DNA of 59,156 nt. It comes from a virus. Taxonomy: Duplodnaviria > Caudoviricetes. The notes below the pieces were generated by a model. It did no database searches and was not told where the DNA came from. It saw only the letters and a list, made by a program, of their open reading frames with translations. Shown here one piece after another: positions 21,773-33,103 of the stretch; positions within the stretch are counted from its first letter, which is position 1, and the number at the start of each line of letters is the position of its first letter. Position numbers and translations under genes: made by a program. The DNA is taken from the IMG/VR virus record IMGVR_UViG_3300042559_001610, positions 1-59,156 of that record; one strand, written 5' to 3'.

Positions 21773-22818
21773 GCTTCTACTGCCGAAACAGATTTAATTG
21801 CATTTGTGATGTGATAAACCACTTTATAAGGATTTGCATTAGAAGCTGGCCTTCTATCTTCTAAATAACCTTTCCAACCTTCTTGCGGAACTGCAACTGG
21901 AATTCTGATCGAAGCTCCTCTGTCGCTAATTCCCCATGAAAATTTATCCATGCTTTGGGTTTCGTGTTTACCTGTTAATCTCAAGTGATTGTCAGATCCA
22001 TAGTCTTTGATTGCTTCCGAGTGGGTTCCTCTGAAAGCCTCACAGATAGATTCAAATAGATCTTCCCCCCCAATTTCTCTCATCTCTGAGTTAGAGAAAT
22101 TAACGTGCATTCCAGAACCATTCCAGTCACCTTCAGTTAAAGGTTTTGGTCTCAAGTCAATTTGAACCCCGTATTTCTCTGCAATTCTCATCAAGATAAA
22201 TCTGCTGATCCAAAGATCGTCTGAAGCTGATTGCTGACCTTTTCCTAGAATTTGATATTCCCACTGTCCAAGAAGAACTTCTGCATTTGTTCCTGTAATA
22301 TGTAATCCGCAAGAAAGACAAGCATCTAAATGCTCTTCAGAAATTTCTCTTCCTGCTGACCAAGGGTAACCAACTGAGCAGTAGTATTTTCCTTGAGGGT
22401 CAGGTTCACCTTCTTTAGGAAATCCTAGAGGCTTACCGTCTCTGCTTAGAACATATTCTTGTTCAAATCCAAACCAGTAGTCTTCGTCGTTACCAAGACC
22501 GTGTCTGTGATTTGAAGCATGTGGTGTTCCGTCTGGATTTAAAACTTCGCAGAAGACAAGAAATGAGAATCCACCTTTGGTTGGATCCTGGTAAATTCTA
22601 ACCGGCTTTAGTACGCAATCAGAAGAATTTCCCTCAGCCTGCTGAGTTGAACTTCCATCGAATGACCAAAGAGGTAAATCTTCTACCGAAGGTAGAGCAA
22701 AAAGTGGATTTTGTAGGGATTTTTCAGACTCCGATAAGTCATGAATCTTAATTTTAGATCTTAAATTTGGTTCTGGTTTATATCCATCAAGCCAAATGTA
22801 TTCAAGTTTTAATTTCAT
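21769..22818 (-). CDS. glnII: Glutamine synthetase type II
   Basis: EYIWLDG, WSFDGSST, GFEQEY, NAEV..GQWEYQ, DWNGSGMH, RLTGKHET, EDRRPASN. Confidence 0.95.
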   Translation of the reverse strand: MKLKLEYIWLDGYKPEPNLRSKIKIHDLSESEKSLQNPLFALPSVEDLPLWSFDGSSTQQAEGNSSDCVLKPVRIYQDPTKGGFSFLVFCEVLNPDGTPHASNHRHGLGNDEDYWFGFEQEYVLSRDGKPLGFPKEGEPDPQGKYYCSVGYPWSAGREISEEHLDACLSCGLHITGTNAEVLLGQWEYQILGKGQQSASDDLWISRFILMRIAEKYGVQIDLRPKPLTEGDWNGSGMHVNFSNSEMREIGGEDLFESICEAFRGTHSEAIKDYGSDNHLRLTGKHETQSMDKFSWGISDRGASIRIPVAVPQEGWKGYLEDRRPASNANPYKVVYHITNAIKSVSAVEA

Positions 22819-22858
22819 ATTTTTTATTTATAGTTGTTATTTCAATTTTTGTTACACA

Positions 22859-22888
22859 AAAAATCCCTTTTCTGACGGAAAGGGATTA
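22859..22888 (-). terminator. Intrinsic terminator
   Basis: aatcccttt...aaagggatt hairpin with T-run. Confidence 0.7.
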
Positions 22889-22915
22889 AATATTTTTTAA
22901 TTTTCAGTGCATCTC

Positions 22916-23867
22916 TTACGCTTGGAAAAACATCAATTTTGTTAGGATACCAACGATGGCAGTAAATACTATCCACATTGCTTTGGTCATTGCATTCTTC
23001 CAGATTAGAAGATCTTTATGCTGATCTATAATTTCGTCATAATAGTCTTCTAATTCTTTCTTGTCTGTAATATACTGACCGTGTTGGTTGAGCTTAACTA
23101 CTACACCCGTTTCCGGATCTAATAATCTTTTCTTCATTTCGGAAAGATCGCTTTTCATAGAGTCCTGGGAGGTCTTAAGATCATTAATAGTAGTCTGGAT
23201 AACTTTAAGTTCTCCGTTAGGAAGTTTAGCTTTCATCGAAGCTAACTCTTCCAGAATTTTTTCCATCATTTTGGTGTTTTCGTTAGTACTTGACATATTT
23301 ATAATTCTGGTTTGATCCCCATCTCTCCAAAACTTATAATTATATATCTACCGAAAATATCAAAATTTTGAGGATTTAATCCTCTGATTATCAATTTATT
23401 CTCTAGGAATTTCTAGAGTTAATCCAGGAACATAATAAAGAGCTTCTATTAAATCTGGAGACCCGTCTAGCAAGAAAAACCCATAGTTTTCCTCCTCTGA
23501 AATAATTCCAGAATCTACTATCCTCGGGCAAAATGTTTTAATTGCACTGCAGATTAGTAGATGTGATTTTGGGTCTACCGATTTAACTTTGAACTCCAAT
23601 TTAGTTTCCTAATACCATGCTTGTAACCTCGTCGCAGTGAACAACATAACATGTTCCGTCCAACTGTGATTCAATAACCATTTCATAGGCATCGATCGTT
23701 CCTAACAGCTTAAATGGTGTGTTGCTATAGGTAAACTCTGCACCAAGATGATTAGATTCCAATTTAGATCTCCTCATAAATTTCATTTGATTACGGGTAA
23801 AAAGTTTTTCATAGTGCTTTCTTAGCGAATCTGATGGCGGGTTGATTTTTCTCCAGGTTTTTTTCAT
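22916..23867 (-). CDS. Three hypothetical proteins (22916-23296 coiled-coil plus C-terminal TM; 23396-23599; 23601-23867)
   Basis: ORF track. Confidence 0.6.
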
Positions 23868-23920
23868 TTTTTATTTTCTATTTTTTCTATTTTTTCTATT
23901 TTTAATTTGTAAAATAAAAA

Positions 23921-24511
23921 TTAAAAAGACTGAATTTTTACACTTCTGTATAAATCTTTTTTGCAAGTTTTAATATTTGCTTGACTTGTTATTGAAATCA
24001 AACTGTCTTCAATACAATATTCCTTAGCCAGTATATATTTCATGTATACTGCTCTGTCATTAGCTAACTGTACATTAATCAATGAATCTCCAGACAAATC
24101 GGAATACCCTGTTATACAAAACTTTAATGATTTAGTTTGATTTAATTGTTTTTGAACCATCCATGATTTTAGTGTATTTTCAGACTCCTCTTTTATATTT
24201 ATTGTAGATGTATTAAAAAAAACCAAACAAATGTCATCTATTTTAATGGTATCAATTACTTCTTTTTTTAATTTTAAACTATCTAATTGCGTTTGAAATG
24301 CCTTAATTTTTAAAGACAATTGTAAATTTTCTTTTTTTACCAATTCAAACTCTTCTTGAGTTTCTTGTTCTAAAAGCTCTCTGGTTTGTAATTCTACCAA
24401 CTTAGATAATTTTGATTCTTTGTATTTAGTTGGTGTGTTTATCATACAAGAATTCATAGTTGTAATTGAAAGTGTTAAGATTAACACTAATTTAAAATTT
24501 GTTTTTTTCAT
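23921..24511 (-). CDS. OmpA-family (peptidoglycan-binding) lipoprotein
   Basis: Signal peptide with NSC; ITGYSDLSGDSLINVQLANDRA OmpA_C motif. Confidence 0.7.
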   Translation of the reverse strand: MKKTNFKLVLILTLSITTMNSCMINTPTKYKESKLSKLVELQTRELLEQETQEEFELVKKENLQLSLKIKAFQTQLDSLKLKKEVIDTIKIDDICLVFFNTSTINIKEESENTLKSWMVQKQLNQTKSLKFCITGYSDLSGDSLINVQLANDRAVYMKYILAKEYCIEDSLISITSQANIKTCKKDLYRSVKIQSF

Positions 24512-24716
24512 TTTATTTTTATTTTTTTTATTTTTTATTATTTAAGATTTTGGTGAGTATTTAAGAATTTCTAGATCTTTGATTTCTTTTCCGTCTTTAT
24601 AGATGGAAAGAATTTTTCTAACTTTAGATCCAAGAACGTAGTTGTTCGGCTCCATTTTTTCAACCTTCATTAAAAGGGTGAAAATTCGAATTTGTTTTAT
24701 GATTCTTCTAATCATT

Positions 24717-25493
24717 TTAGTATTTATTTAGTTTTAGGATTCCTTTTTCTTTATTGAAACAGTGAAGAGATGTGATGTGCATTGCATAATAACCTGGGGT
24801 AACGTCTCCCCATCTTTCAGGGTCTCTGTTTTTCAATTCGTCTAATACCCACATTAATTTTCTGCAAGCCATATAAATATCATCCCTAAAGTGTCTGATG
24901 TAGTCACAGGATCTAATGTAATATACGATATGAAGGTGATTTCCTCTTCTCATAAAATGATATCCGATTGTGCAAGGAACTCTTTCCCCATGAACTACCC
25001 CGGTGTCTTCCGGAAACCACATTGGAAGAAAAGCCTGTCTAGTAAAAGGTTCTTTCTGAAGTAGATTCAGAACATCTCCAAAATCCCCATAGTCATACCT
25101 GATCCCTTTCATGACTGTATTGGGTTCTTTGTCTGCATATCTAGGCCAAAGTCTTTCTGGATAAGTGTGGGAGAATTGACTGTGCCCTCCAAATTGCTCG
25201 TTGTTCTTCTGAGCAAAAGGCCACCACTCATGAGAAGGGGGAGGATTTAAAGGAAGACCTCCGATTCTTTCTTCAAAGTGATCGTCAGCCCAAGGTAAAT
25301 TTGGACGAACTTCTTCTCTTAACTCTTCTAGGGTTTGAGGTATGAAACACTGAAACGAGTGATTCATAATCTCGTTCATATCGTCAGGGGAATCTATCCC
25401 TTGCCACTTTTCAGTTTTAACAACGTATCCGTGATTGGAAAGTTTTTCTTTAGACCATTTGATTGCGTCTGAGAACTTTGAGAATGTCTTCAT
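24717..25493 (-). CDS. Thymidylate-synthase-fold nucleotide-modifying enzyme (probable dCMP hydroxymethylase-like)
   Basis: TRQA, VPCT, IRSCD...DD, ITSLH; Asp at the position of E. coli ThyA N177. Confidence 0.7.
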   Translation of the reverse strand: MKTFSKFSDAIKWSKEKLSNHGYVVKTEKWQGIDSPDDMNEIMNHSFQCFIPQTLEELREEVRPNLPWADDHFEERIGGLPLNPPPSHEWWPFAQKNNEQFGGHSQFSHTYPERLWPRYADKEPNTVMKGIRYDYGDFGDVLNLLQKEPFTRQAFLPMWFPEDTGVVHGERVPCTIGYHFMRRGNHLHIVYYIRSCDYIRHFRDDIYMACRKLMWVLDELKNRDPERWGDVTPGYYAMHITSLHCFNKEKGILKLNKY

Positions 25494-25537
25494 TGAGGAT
25501 TATATCTCAGAAGACGAAAAAGTTTTCTTTTCTACAC

Positions 25538-26128
25538 TTAACTTTTAGGCCAAGATTTAATTTTGAACTCTTTGAAGTCAGAAGATTTTGGTTTGACGTT
25601 AGGAAAGTAATACATGCTGGTATCTTTTCCTGCAATTATTCTTTTATAGAAACCCGAAGGAACGGTAGCTCCAGTGGGTAATTTAATTGGATTTTTATAC
25701 TCGAGTTTGATTAGAACATTAACTTTATCTTTTTCCCCAGAAATCCTTCTTTCTTCTGCTTCTAAAAGTCTCCACGTTCCTCTGTTTAGATATTGATCTT
25801 GAAGAGCACAATTAAGGTATGAGAATGTTTTTCTTAGCATCTCCGTACTGCAAGTAAAAGCTGCCGCAGGAGCCATGTGTCCTTTATCGTAGACGTTATT
25901 TTCATAGTCTGCATTATCTGAAGTGATGATGGAATCGTTAGTGTAGAAGTCCATTCCTTTTCTTGAAGCGGTCCCATTTGGACAAAGAACTGTGTATTCT
26001 ACGCTTAAAGGTTGCTGATAAGCCTCGGAATAATTAACCGTAAAAATGTCGGTCTTTACCAGAACACTAGTCCTTGGCGTTAAAGATAAGAGGATAAGAA
26101 TTATTGGTATCAGAAAAAATCTTTTCAT
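25538..26128 (-). CDS. DNA/RNA non-specific endonuclease with signal peptide
   Basis: YDKGHMAPA, N...Q...LNRGTWRLLE. Confidence 0.9.
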   Translation of the reverse strand: MKRFFLIPIILILLSLTPRTSVLVKTDIFTVNYSEAYQQPLSVEYTVLCPNGTASRKGMDFYTNDSIITSDNADYENNVYDKGHMAPAAAFTCSTEMLRKTFSYLNCALQDQYLNRGTWRLLEAEERRISGEKDKVNVLIKLEYKNPIKLPTGATVPSGFYKRIIAGKDTSMYYFPNVKPKSSDFKEFKIKSWPKS

Positions 26129-26175
26129 GAATTTTTTGTTTTTCTATATATTAAAAACACAGAATCTAACTGCAC

Positions 26176-26205
26176 AAAAAAGACCGATAATTTTTATCGG
26201 TCTTT
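26176..26205 (-). terminator. Intrinsic terminator
   Basis: aaaagaccgataa/ttatcggtctttt inverted repeat. Confidence 0.75.
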
Positions 26206-26226
26206 TAATATATTCTAAAATATCAC

Positions 26227-26535
26227 TTATTGTGATTTTTTAGGTCTTCCTTTTTTCTTCGCAGGAGATTTCTCGGTCTCTGTAGTTTTCTTTGCCTTTG
26301 TAGTTTTCTTAGGTTTGCTAATTGCTTTAACCTCTTTAACTGGCTCTTGTACGGGAATTTCCTCAACAATTGGTTCTTCTTTAACCTCTTCTTCTGGTGA
26401 CCAGGTTTCAATAGGTAGATCTAATTCGGGAATTGTGGTTTCCTCTGAGGATAATTCTTTTTCGTCTTTCTTTAGAAACTTGTAAGCTCCAAAAATAAGT
26501 AAAGCGATTACTGTGATTAAAATTATTTCTGTCAT
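26227..26535 (-). CDS. Membrane-anchored protein with Lys-rich tail
   Basis: N-terminal TM, KKGRPKK tail. Confidence 0.65.
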   Translation of the reverse strand: MTEIILITVIALLIFGAYKFLKKDEKELSSEETTIPELDLPIETWSPEEEVKEEPIVEEIPVQEPVKEVKAISKPKKTTKAKKTTETEKSPAKKKGRPKKSQ

Positions 26536-26555
26536 ATTATTTTTAGATTTATACC

Positions 26556-26996
26556 TTAAAGTGAGGAAAAAATTTCATCTACCATTGGAATATATCTTGG
26601 TAATGTTCTTCTCTGGCACTCTTCATAATCCATGAAAACTGCATCTGAAAGTTCTTCTTCCTGAAGCATATACTTTGGAATTTCCCCTTTTATCAATGTG
26701 GGTATTCCTAATTGATCCAGAGAATCAATTCTGCATTCAAAGATATAAACTTCTTTATAAGCTTTTGCCCCTTGAGCATTGGTGTACCTTACCAAGTGTT
26801 CTTTTCCGAGCATGTCTATCGGAACTTTAATTCCGCATTCTTCCTCTACCTCTCTAATTGCAGCTTCTTCTTTTGTCTCACCTTCTTCCAACTTACCTTT
26901 TGGAGGCATCCAGCTTCTAAACCAAGGAGAACGAGTTGCATGGGACAGGAGGATTTTCCCGTCGTAAATGATTGCTATTCCAGCTGACTTTTCCAT
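26556..26996 (-). CDS. NUDIX hydrolase
   Basis: GKLEEGETKEEAAIREVEEECG Nudix box. Confidence 0.9.
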   Translation of the reverse strand: MEKSAGIAIIYDGKILLSHATRSPWFRSWMPPKGKLEEGETKEEAAIREVEEECGIKVPIDMLGKEHLVRYTNAQGAKAYKEVYIFECRIDSLDQLGIPTLIKGEIPKYMLQEEELSDAVFMDYEECQRRTLPRYIPMVDEIFSSL

Positions 26997-27039
26997 GGTT
27001 TATATATTCAAAATAATTTTGTGGGGGCATTGGCATACT

Positions 27040-27978
27040 TTAAAAGAATGTCCCCGTGACATGATTTAGGCTTAGATATTCTATTAGATTATCGTAATTT
27101 TTATCCACGATAAACATAAAATTATACCCTCTCTTTTTACATTCTTTCTCCTTCTCTAAATTACATTCTAAATCAGAATTAAGTGTATAGGTAGATTTAA
27201 TTTCTATTATAAGATTCAAATCATCAATAATAAAATCCGAATGGTAAACTCTATTTTTCTTATTAAAATTATAAGATAATGAAGGACCATTGTTTACTTT
27301 AATTGAATTAGATTCGCAAAATTCTAAAAAATCCAATTCGTAATCTCCCTGATAAGTTAAATCTGTGTCTTTGTATCTACAGACTCTAAAAGAGGATTTT
27401 TGAATTTTTTCCCAGATTTCTGGAATTTGGTTCGTGTGCCTTACCCCATATTTTAATAAGCAGGTTTCTTCTTTTTTCTCCTGATTGTTATAATTTTCGT
27501 CTCCGTGTTTATTTAACTTAGTTTCTTTCCTTTTCTTCTGATTATTATATGTTTCGTCACCGTGTTTCCTTTTTAAAGTTTCTTTTCTTTTCTCTGGGTT
27601 ATTATAATTTTGGTCTCCGTGTTTATTTAACTTAGTTTCTTTCCTTTTGTCTAAAGATTTTTTATTATTTCTTAAACTAAGCTCCCTTTGTAAAACCGGA
27701 TTTCTAAAAACAGATCCATTTTTAGAAATTCTATCTTTATGAATGCAGGATTTACATTCGTATGTAAAATTTATTTTGTCCCGTACCCCTCTAAACTCTA
27801 TATTTTCTATTTTTCCACATTTGTCGCATTCGGCATTTACCCTTACATGGCTTCCCTTTGGAAGGTGTAGAGAGTTTATATCTAATGTATCTGACATTTT
27901 AGCCTCATAGCCAAGATTTCTATAATATTTTAGATGGTTCGAATTTACTTTAATAGTAATTATTTCTTTTAAAATCAT
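27040..27978 (-). CDS. Putative homing endonuclease (KETxLxKHG repeats plus PD-(D/E)XK-like domain)
   Basis: Tandem KRKETKLNKHGD.NYNN repeats; YHSDF....LIIEIKS. Confidence 0.7.
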   Translation of the reverse strand: MILKEIITIKVNSNHLKYYRNLGYEAKMSDTLDINSLHLPKGSHVRVNAECDKCGKIENIEFRGVRDKINFTYECKSCIHKDRISKNGSVFRNPVLQRELSLRNNKKSLDKRKETKLNKHGDQNYNNPEKRKETLKRKHGDETYNNQKKRKETKLNKHGDENYNNQEKKEETCLLKYGVRHTNQIPEIWEKIQKSSFRVCRYKDTDLTYQGDYELDFLEFCESNSIKVNNGPSLSYNFNKKNRVYHSDFIIDDLNLIIEIKSTYTLNSDLECNLEKEKECKKRGYNFMFIVDKNYDNLIEYLSLNHVTGTFF

Positions 27979-28023
27979 ATATTATATATCTTTATGCTAT
28001 CCTAAAAAATGTCACGGATAGAA

Positions 28024-28359
28024 TCAGAATAATTTAGAAGGAGCATTAGCATATTTTAGAAGTATATCTCCGTGGCATCTTCTATAGGGCTTACAGAAAC
28101 ATCCGAGGGTCTTTCCCTTTAGATCAGATAGTCTAGCCATTAATTCTTCATTAGACGTGAGGTATTGCTCAAATTTTTTAATGGCTTCTTCTCTATCCTT
28201 GACTACAAATTTGGCTAAAGTTCCTTCTTTGTGAGAATATGGATTTCCCCAAATTGAACCCCTTCCGATGAAAACATCAAAGGGTTCTTTCTGGCAATGA
28301 ACTACTCTGGGCTTATCCAGCATTGAACGAAGATAAGATAACCCCTTTCTTTTGATCAC
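28024..28359 (-). CDS. DUF4326-family protein
   Basis: VFIGRGSIWGNPY, LKGKTLGCFCKP..CHGDIL. Confidence 0.85.
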   Translation of the reverse strand: MIKRKGLSYLRSMLDKPRVVHCQKEPFDVFIGRGSIWGNPYSHKEGTLAKFVVKDREEAIKKFEQYLTSNEELMARLSDLKGKTLGCFCKPYRRCHGDILLKYANAPSKLF

Positions 28360-29766
28360 TGTTGGCAGTTCCTATTTCTTCGCAAGTGATAGAAGAAGCT
28401 TTCAAAGCCCAAGATGTTCTCCAAGATCCTCTTTTTCCTGCGGTCTCTACGAAAATTCCACCTTCAGGAGAGATTGTCTTTGCTTCTTTCTCGTCCTTAG
28501 CACAAACTATACACGAATCGTAGGTATCATATCCGTTGTTGTCGTTCTGAGTTAGCAGATATAATTTCAATCTCATTTTTTGATGATTAGTGAGTGATAA
28601 CTTCGAAATCCCTTCCAGAAGAATCTTTCAAGGACTCTATCCATTTTGAAGCTTCTTTTCCAGTTTCAAAACTTCGTTGAACTTGGATCTCGTGTTTAAG
28701 GTAAACCGTGACGTAAGGTTTATTACAAACCCTGTCGTTTATTCTTTCTCCCCAAGGGTAAACCAAGTATCCAAATCTTTTAAGATCTTCTTCTGAATAG
28801 AATTTTCTATCAAACCAGGAATCTCTATCTACAAATCCAGCTGGGGTTGCCTTTTGTTTAATCCTTAAACCGAAAAAAGATCTGATCTCTGGTTTGGCTT
28901 CTACCCAATGAAAAGAGGTTGGTCTTTCCGGGACAAATTTAATTTTTACTATTTGACTTGGGTCAAAGTGTTCTTGTATTTCCATTTTTATTCTTCTATT
29001 TCTTTTCTTTTGTTGAACCATTCTACGAATTCACAAACTGCTCTAAACGTTGCTTCGATTTTGGTTGGATATTTCTCATCGAATGACTTGGGGTTAATGG
29101 TAAATCCTGGATCTAACTGAAGATTCACGTAAATCCAGCAGCTTTTGTTCTCAATTTCGACGCTAATTCCCTCGAAATTATACTCGGTCTCTCCATCTTC
29201 TCCTTCCCAAGAATACATTTCTTTTGAAAGGTCTAAGCTTTCGATTTTTTCCACTGCGGTCATCAACCATTCCCAAGATCTGTGATAGGCTAAATCCTTA
29301 TGGACTCTTCCTAAATAAGTTCCCGAAACTTTCGGATGAGCTTTTTCTTTCCTCCATCCCGGTAGGGTTTCTTCCCTCGTGTGAGGGTAGTAACCATAGC
29401 CCATAAATTCGGCTATTAATTTGTTTCCTTCTAGTATTTCTTCTGGTGTCATTTCGTATCTGGTTCGAATTCTGCTTTTAATCTTAGGTAGCTCTTGAGT
29501 CTTTCCTCTTTTGCCCATTTATCTTGTCGTTCAATATCCTTCATTCTTTTTTGAAACTGTTCATCAGTTTCTTCAACCATTCGAGTAATATAACCTCCCC
29601 AATTTCCTTCATTTTCATCCTCTTCCCATGAAGAATAAATTAAGTCATCATCTTCTAATTGAAGGTGTTTAATATCACCCCATTTTAATTGAGTATTAAG
29701 TTGATGCCAATAAATGTGTGTTTCTTTTTTAATTTTCTCTTTTGATTTTCTATCTTTTTCGAACAT
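28313..29766 (-). CDS. Four hypothetical phage proteins
   Basis: 28313-28576, 28587-29021, 28988-29518, 29449-29766. Confidence 0.6.
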
Positions 29767-29771
29767 ATTTT

Positions 29772-30353
29772 TTATTGTTTAAAACCTTCTATTTCTGCAA
29801 TTGTTTTCATTAGCTTATTGAGGTTGCAGTTCTTCACCAGAGTGCTTGAACTAATTCCCATTTTCTTAACTATCTTAGCAACATATCCGTCTGTATTGTT
29901 CTCAAACGAAGGGGCATATCTACTGATACAATCCCGGATTGAACTATTCCAGTACACTTTCTTTAGAACAATTTCCAGAGCTTTGTAACCGTGTTGCTCA
30001 TTGGCAAAATGTAGAAATTCTCCTGAGGGTGCTTGAACAGTTCCTATTGCTAGATCATTCACTTCTTTAATTGACGAGGGTCGAAGTGCCCCCGGATTGT
30101 TACAGAAGGTCGGAATATTAGCATTTCGATCCACTGTGATTTCCGTTAGACCGTGTTTCATGACAACTAATTGCTCGACTGTGTCATGAACTACTACCTC
30201 TTTGTAAATGAACTTTTGTTGGATTGGAATAAATGATGATAATATCACCAGTATCATTAAAGACACAAATAATCCGGCTAGTACGTTTTTAATTTTGTAA
30301 TTGAAGGTAATGTCCTTGACTGACATGTCCTCATTTTGTTTATAAATTCTCAT
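29772..30353 (-). CDS. Membrane-anchored lysozyme-like/virion protein
   Basis: NNPGALR...F....G..A...YAPSFENNT..Y motif. Confidence 0.6.
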   Translation of the reverse strand: MRIYKQNEDMSVKDITFNYKIKNVLAGLFVSLMILVILSSFIPIQQKFIYKEVVVHDTVEQLVVMKHGLTEITVDRNANIPTFCNNPGALRPSSIKEVNDLAIGTVQAPSGEFLHFANEQHGYKALEIVLKKVYWNSSIRDCISRYAPSFENNTDGYVAKIVKKMGISSSTLVKNCNLNKLMKTIAEIEGFKQ

Positions 30354-30381
30354 AACCTTTTATTTTTATTTAAATATACGG

Positions 30382-31070
30382 TCAGGGTTTTCTATAGACG
30401 TAGAGGGTGTCAACTTTATTATCTTTGATGATTAGTTCTATCTCAGGAACCATTGGGGAAGTTGTTCTGATTGCGTCGTCAATAAAGATCCAATCTATTA
30501 ACTCCCATGCTCCCCAGACTGATAGACCGATAAAAAGTCCTCCTACTACTAATGCTGTGAAAACTCCGTCAAAATTGTACATAATTATTTTTCTAGAATT
30601 ACTTTTGCAAATGTTGAGTCCACTTTCATCTTTTCAACAATTTCCGTGGCGGTCATTGTTTTTGCTTGCTCTAGAATTTTCTCTTTTTGATTTTGGATTC
30701 CAAGGTCAACTTGGGCTTCCTTAGCCATATTTTTTAATTCTGATACTACAAAGCTAGAAAGCTCGTGTGGAATCTGCTTGGCAGTTGAGTCAGTGGTTAA
30801 GAAATTCATCGTTTGACCTCCTGCAATAATTAATAGTGCATCTTTTCTGTCCGGGGTAAAGATGAATAGGGACCAAAAGAAAATCATAAATGGATAAGAC
30901 CACCACATCCATTTTCGAGACATTCTCTGTGAATCTGGTTCATCACCGTTAAATATATATGCAATAGTCGCGATTACCGCAATTGCCGTAAATATAGTTA
31001 TAAACGTGATAAACATCGTTTTAGCGTTGTCGGCTACTGTTAGCCAATAGAATAATTTAGTATAATTCAT
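30382..31070 (-). CDS. Two membrane proteins (30382-30582; 30585-31070)
   Basis: Hydrophobic helices. Confidence 0.6.
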
Positions 31071-31089
31071 TTTTTATTTAAATATACGG

Positions 31090-31632
31090 TCAAGACACAA
31101 GTTTAGAATACTCTTTGATGATAAAATTAACAATAGTTTCTTTGGAAGTTTCTGCTCCGTCCACAGTAAGGTGAATCTTATCTACCTCTTCTACCCTTTG
31201 TTTTATTTTAGCATCTAGGTCGATAGCCTCATCTAAGGTTTGGTTCCTTCCCTTTGGGTTATAATTTTTAACCCTATTAAGCATGATGTTGATGGTTGGT
31301 CTTCTAAAGTATTCGCTGATCACAAGATCTTTAAATTCCCTGCTAGTTTCGGTCTCTCCGTAAACTGTACTTAGGAGAAGTGGGGAATCTGTTATAATGA
31401 TGTCAACTTTTCCGTCCAGTCTCCAAATTCTGTGCTGCTGTTTTCCAAACACATAAATTTGATCCCTTAGGACATTGTACGATTCTCCCCAGGTTAGATC
31501 TTTTGCATACTCAGTTACAAGTTCTACATTGTAGTCAAGATCTTTTAGAGCTGAAAAAATTCTAGCTGAATTGGTGGATTTTCCACTCCCCGGTCCGCCA
31601 TATAGGTTAACGATTAAAGTTTTTGATTTCAT
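31090..31632 (-). CDS. P-loop kinase/ATPase (NadR-like AAA)
   Basis: GGPGSGKST, EYAKD, ITDSP, GRNQ. Confidence 0.8.
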   Translation of the reverse strand: MKSKTLIVNLYGGPGSGKSTNSARIFSALKDLDYNVELVTEYAKDLTWGESYNVLRDQIYVFGKQQHRIWRLDGKVDIIITDSPLLLSTVYGETETSREFKDLVISEYFRRPTINIMLNRVKNYNPKGRNQTLDEAIDLDAKIKQRVEEVDKIHLTVDGAETSKETIVNFIIKEYSKLVS

Positions 31633-31834
31633 TCATCTTAGTAGATGAAAATAGACTCAAATGTTTCTTTTTTCTTTGGATTTTTTGATTTCATATTCCC
31701 AAAGATCCTGGTACATTCCTGCTTCAAACTCCTTCTCTTTTGCAAGGTACAAAGCACCTTCCATGGTCCTCTTTTGGTCTTCTGGCTTAACCGGGTAGCC
31801 TCCAAAGGCCAGCTGGCAAATAAAAATTTCCCGC

Positions 31835-32359
31835 TTATTCATTCAAGAATTTTATAATTTTATCTCTTACTCCAGATTGTTTGATTCCCTCGTAAGATCT
31901 AGGTGTTAAAACAAAGTTTGTTAAACCCCATCCATCCCTCATAGACATATCCAAGTCGTCAACGGCAACCCATTTGGTAATTTCTGGATGCTCTTCTAGG
32001 TATTTCAGGATCTCTAAAGATCGGGTTTGTGCTAATTCAGTCATGTAAAACCAAGGAAAATCATCAGGGGATCTAACAGGACCTTTAGTTGTCATTCCGA
32101 TTGGAACTTTGATAACTCCAGAATCCCGATAAACTTGTTGAAGCAATTCCAAATCTCCATGAAATCTCCAGTCGGAAGAAATAACTATCTCCGCATCTGT
32201 TACTTCCAGGATTTTGTTTAAAACCTTTACAGCTTTAAGATCAAATCCATCAAAAACAGATTTCCATCCATCAGACGGAGTAAACTTCCGTCTTCTACCC
32301 CATTGAGCAGAAAGACAAATTACACCATCGTGATCTAAAAATATAACTTTAGAATTCAT
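31835..32359 (-). CDS. HAD-family phosphatase (RNA-repair-associated type)
   Basis: FLDHDGV, IVISSDWR, VAVDD. Confidence 0.8.
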   Translation of the reverse strand: MNSKVIFLDHDGVICLSAQWGRRRKFTPSDGWKSVFDGFDLKAVKVLNKILEVTDAEIVISSDWRFHGDLELLQQVYRDSGVIKVPIGMTTKGPVRSPDDFPWFYMTELAQTRSLEILKYLEEHPEITKWVAVDDLDMSMRDGWGLTNFVLTPRSYEGIKQSGVRDKIIKFLNE

Positions 32360-32543
32360 TTAGGACCCTATTTTTTTAACTGAGTATTTATGACCTGAGT
32401 CTGTGTTAGTGTTCATGATGTCTGCAAAGTTTAAAGCTTCAGCTTCCTTTTCAAACTCAAGAATTTCTGCATGACCGTTCAACATAATGACAGGCAATTT
32501 TGTGCCTTTGCTAGATTCGATTTCTTTGATTATTATATACATT

Positions 32544-33083
32544 TTATTTCTTTATCCAATTGTAATTTTCTTTTAGTATTTCTCTTGAGTATCTGTTTAG
32601 ACACGGAGATCCAGTGTTATAAGCACCAAATGCTAAACCCCAATCCCCATGAATTTTATACCAGTCTTTCATCATGCTCATAGAAACCCTGACGTTGAGT
32701 TTGATGTCGTTCCTTAACTCCTTTCCAGTTACCTTTCTTCCGGCATGTTTACGGGCATATCTGGGCATAATCTGCATAGGACCAACCGCTCCAGCTGATG
32801 AGGTCTGTTTGTGGTTGTACGAGGAATCTAGAGGACCTTGATATCTCGTCTCCTGATAGGCAATCCCAAAGGCATATTTTTCAGGAATCCCATACTCTTT
32901 GCAATATTTTTTGATGTAGTAGTACACCCTAATTGAGGGGATAGATTTATCGATCTCCTCCTCCGTCATGTTCCCTATATAAGGGTCTTTTGGTTCCTCC
33001 CTTGGGAATAAAATCAAAGCAAGACAAACTATAATACCTGTTATAGTTGCTGCTACAATTTTATTTCTCTTCTGAGATTCCAT
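32544..33083 (-). CDS. Lytic transglycosylase (SLT)
   Basis: QET, SSAGAVGPMQIMP, AYNTG. Confidence 0.85.
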   Translation of the reverse strand: MESQKRNKIVAATITGIIVCLALILFPREEPKDPYIGNMTEEEIDKSIPSIRVYYYIKKYCKEYGIPEKYAFGIAYQETRYQGPLDSSYNHKQTSSAGAVGPMQIMPRYARKHAGRKVTGKELRNDIKLNVRVSMSMMKDWYKIHGDWGLAFGAYNTGSPCLNRYSREILKENYNWIKK

Positions 33084-33103
33084 TCATATAAGTATACGGT
33101 CAT

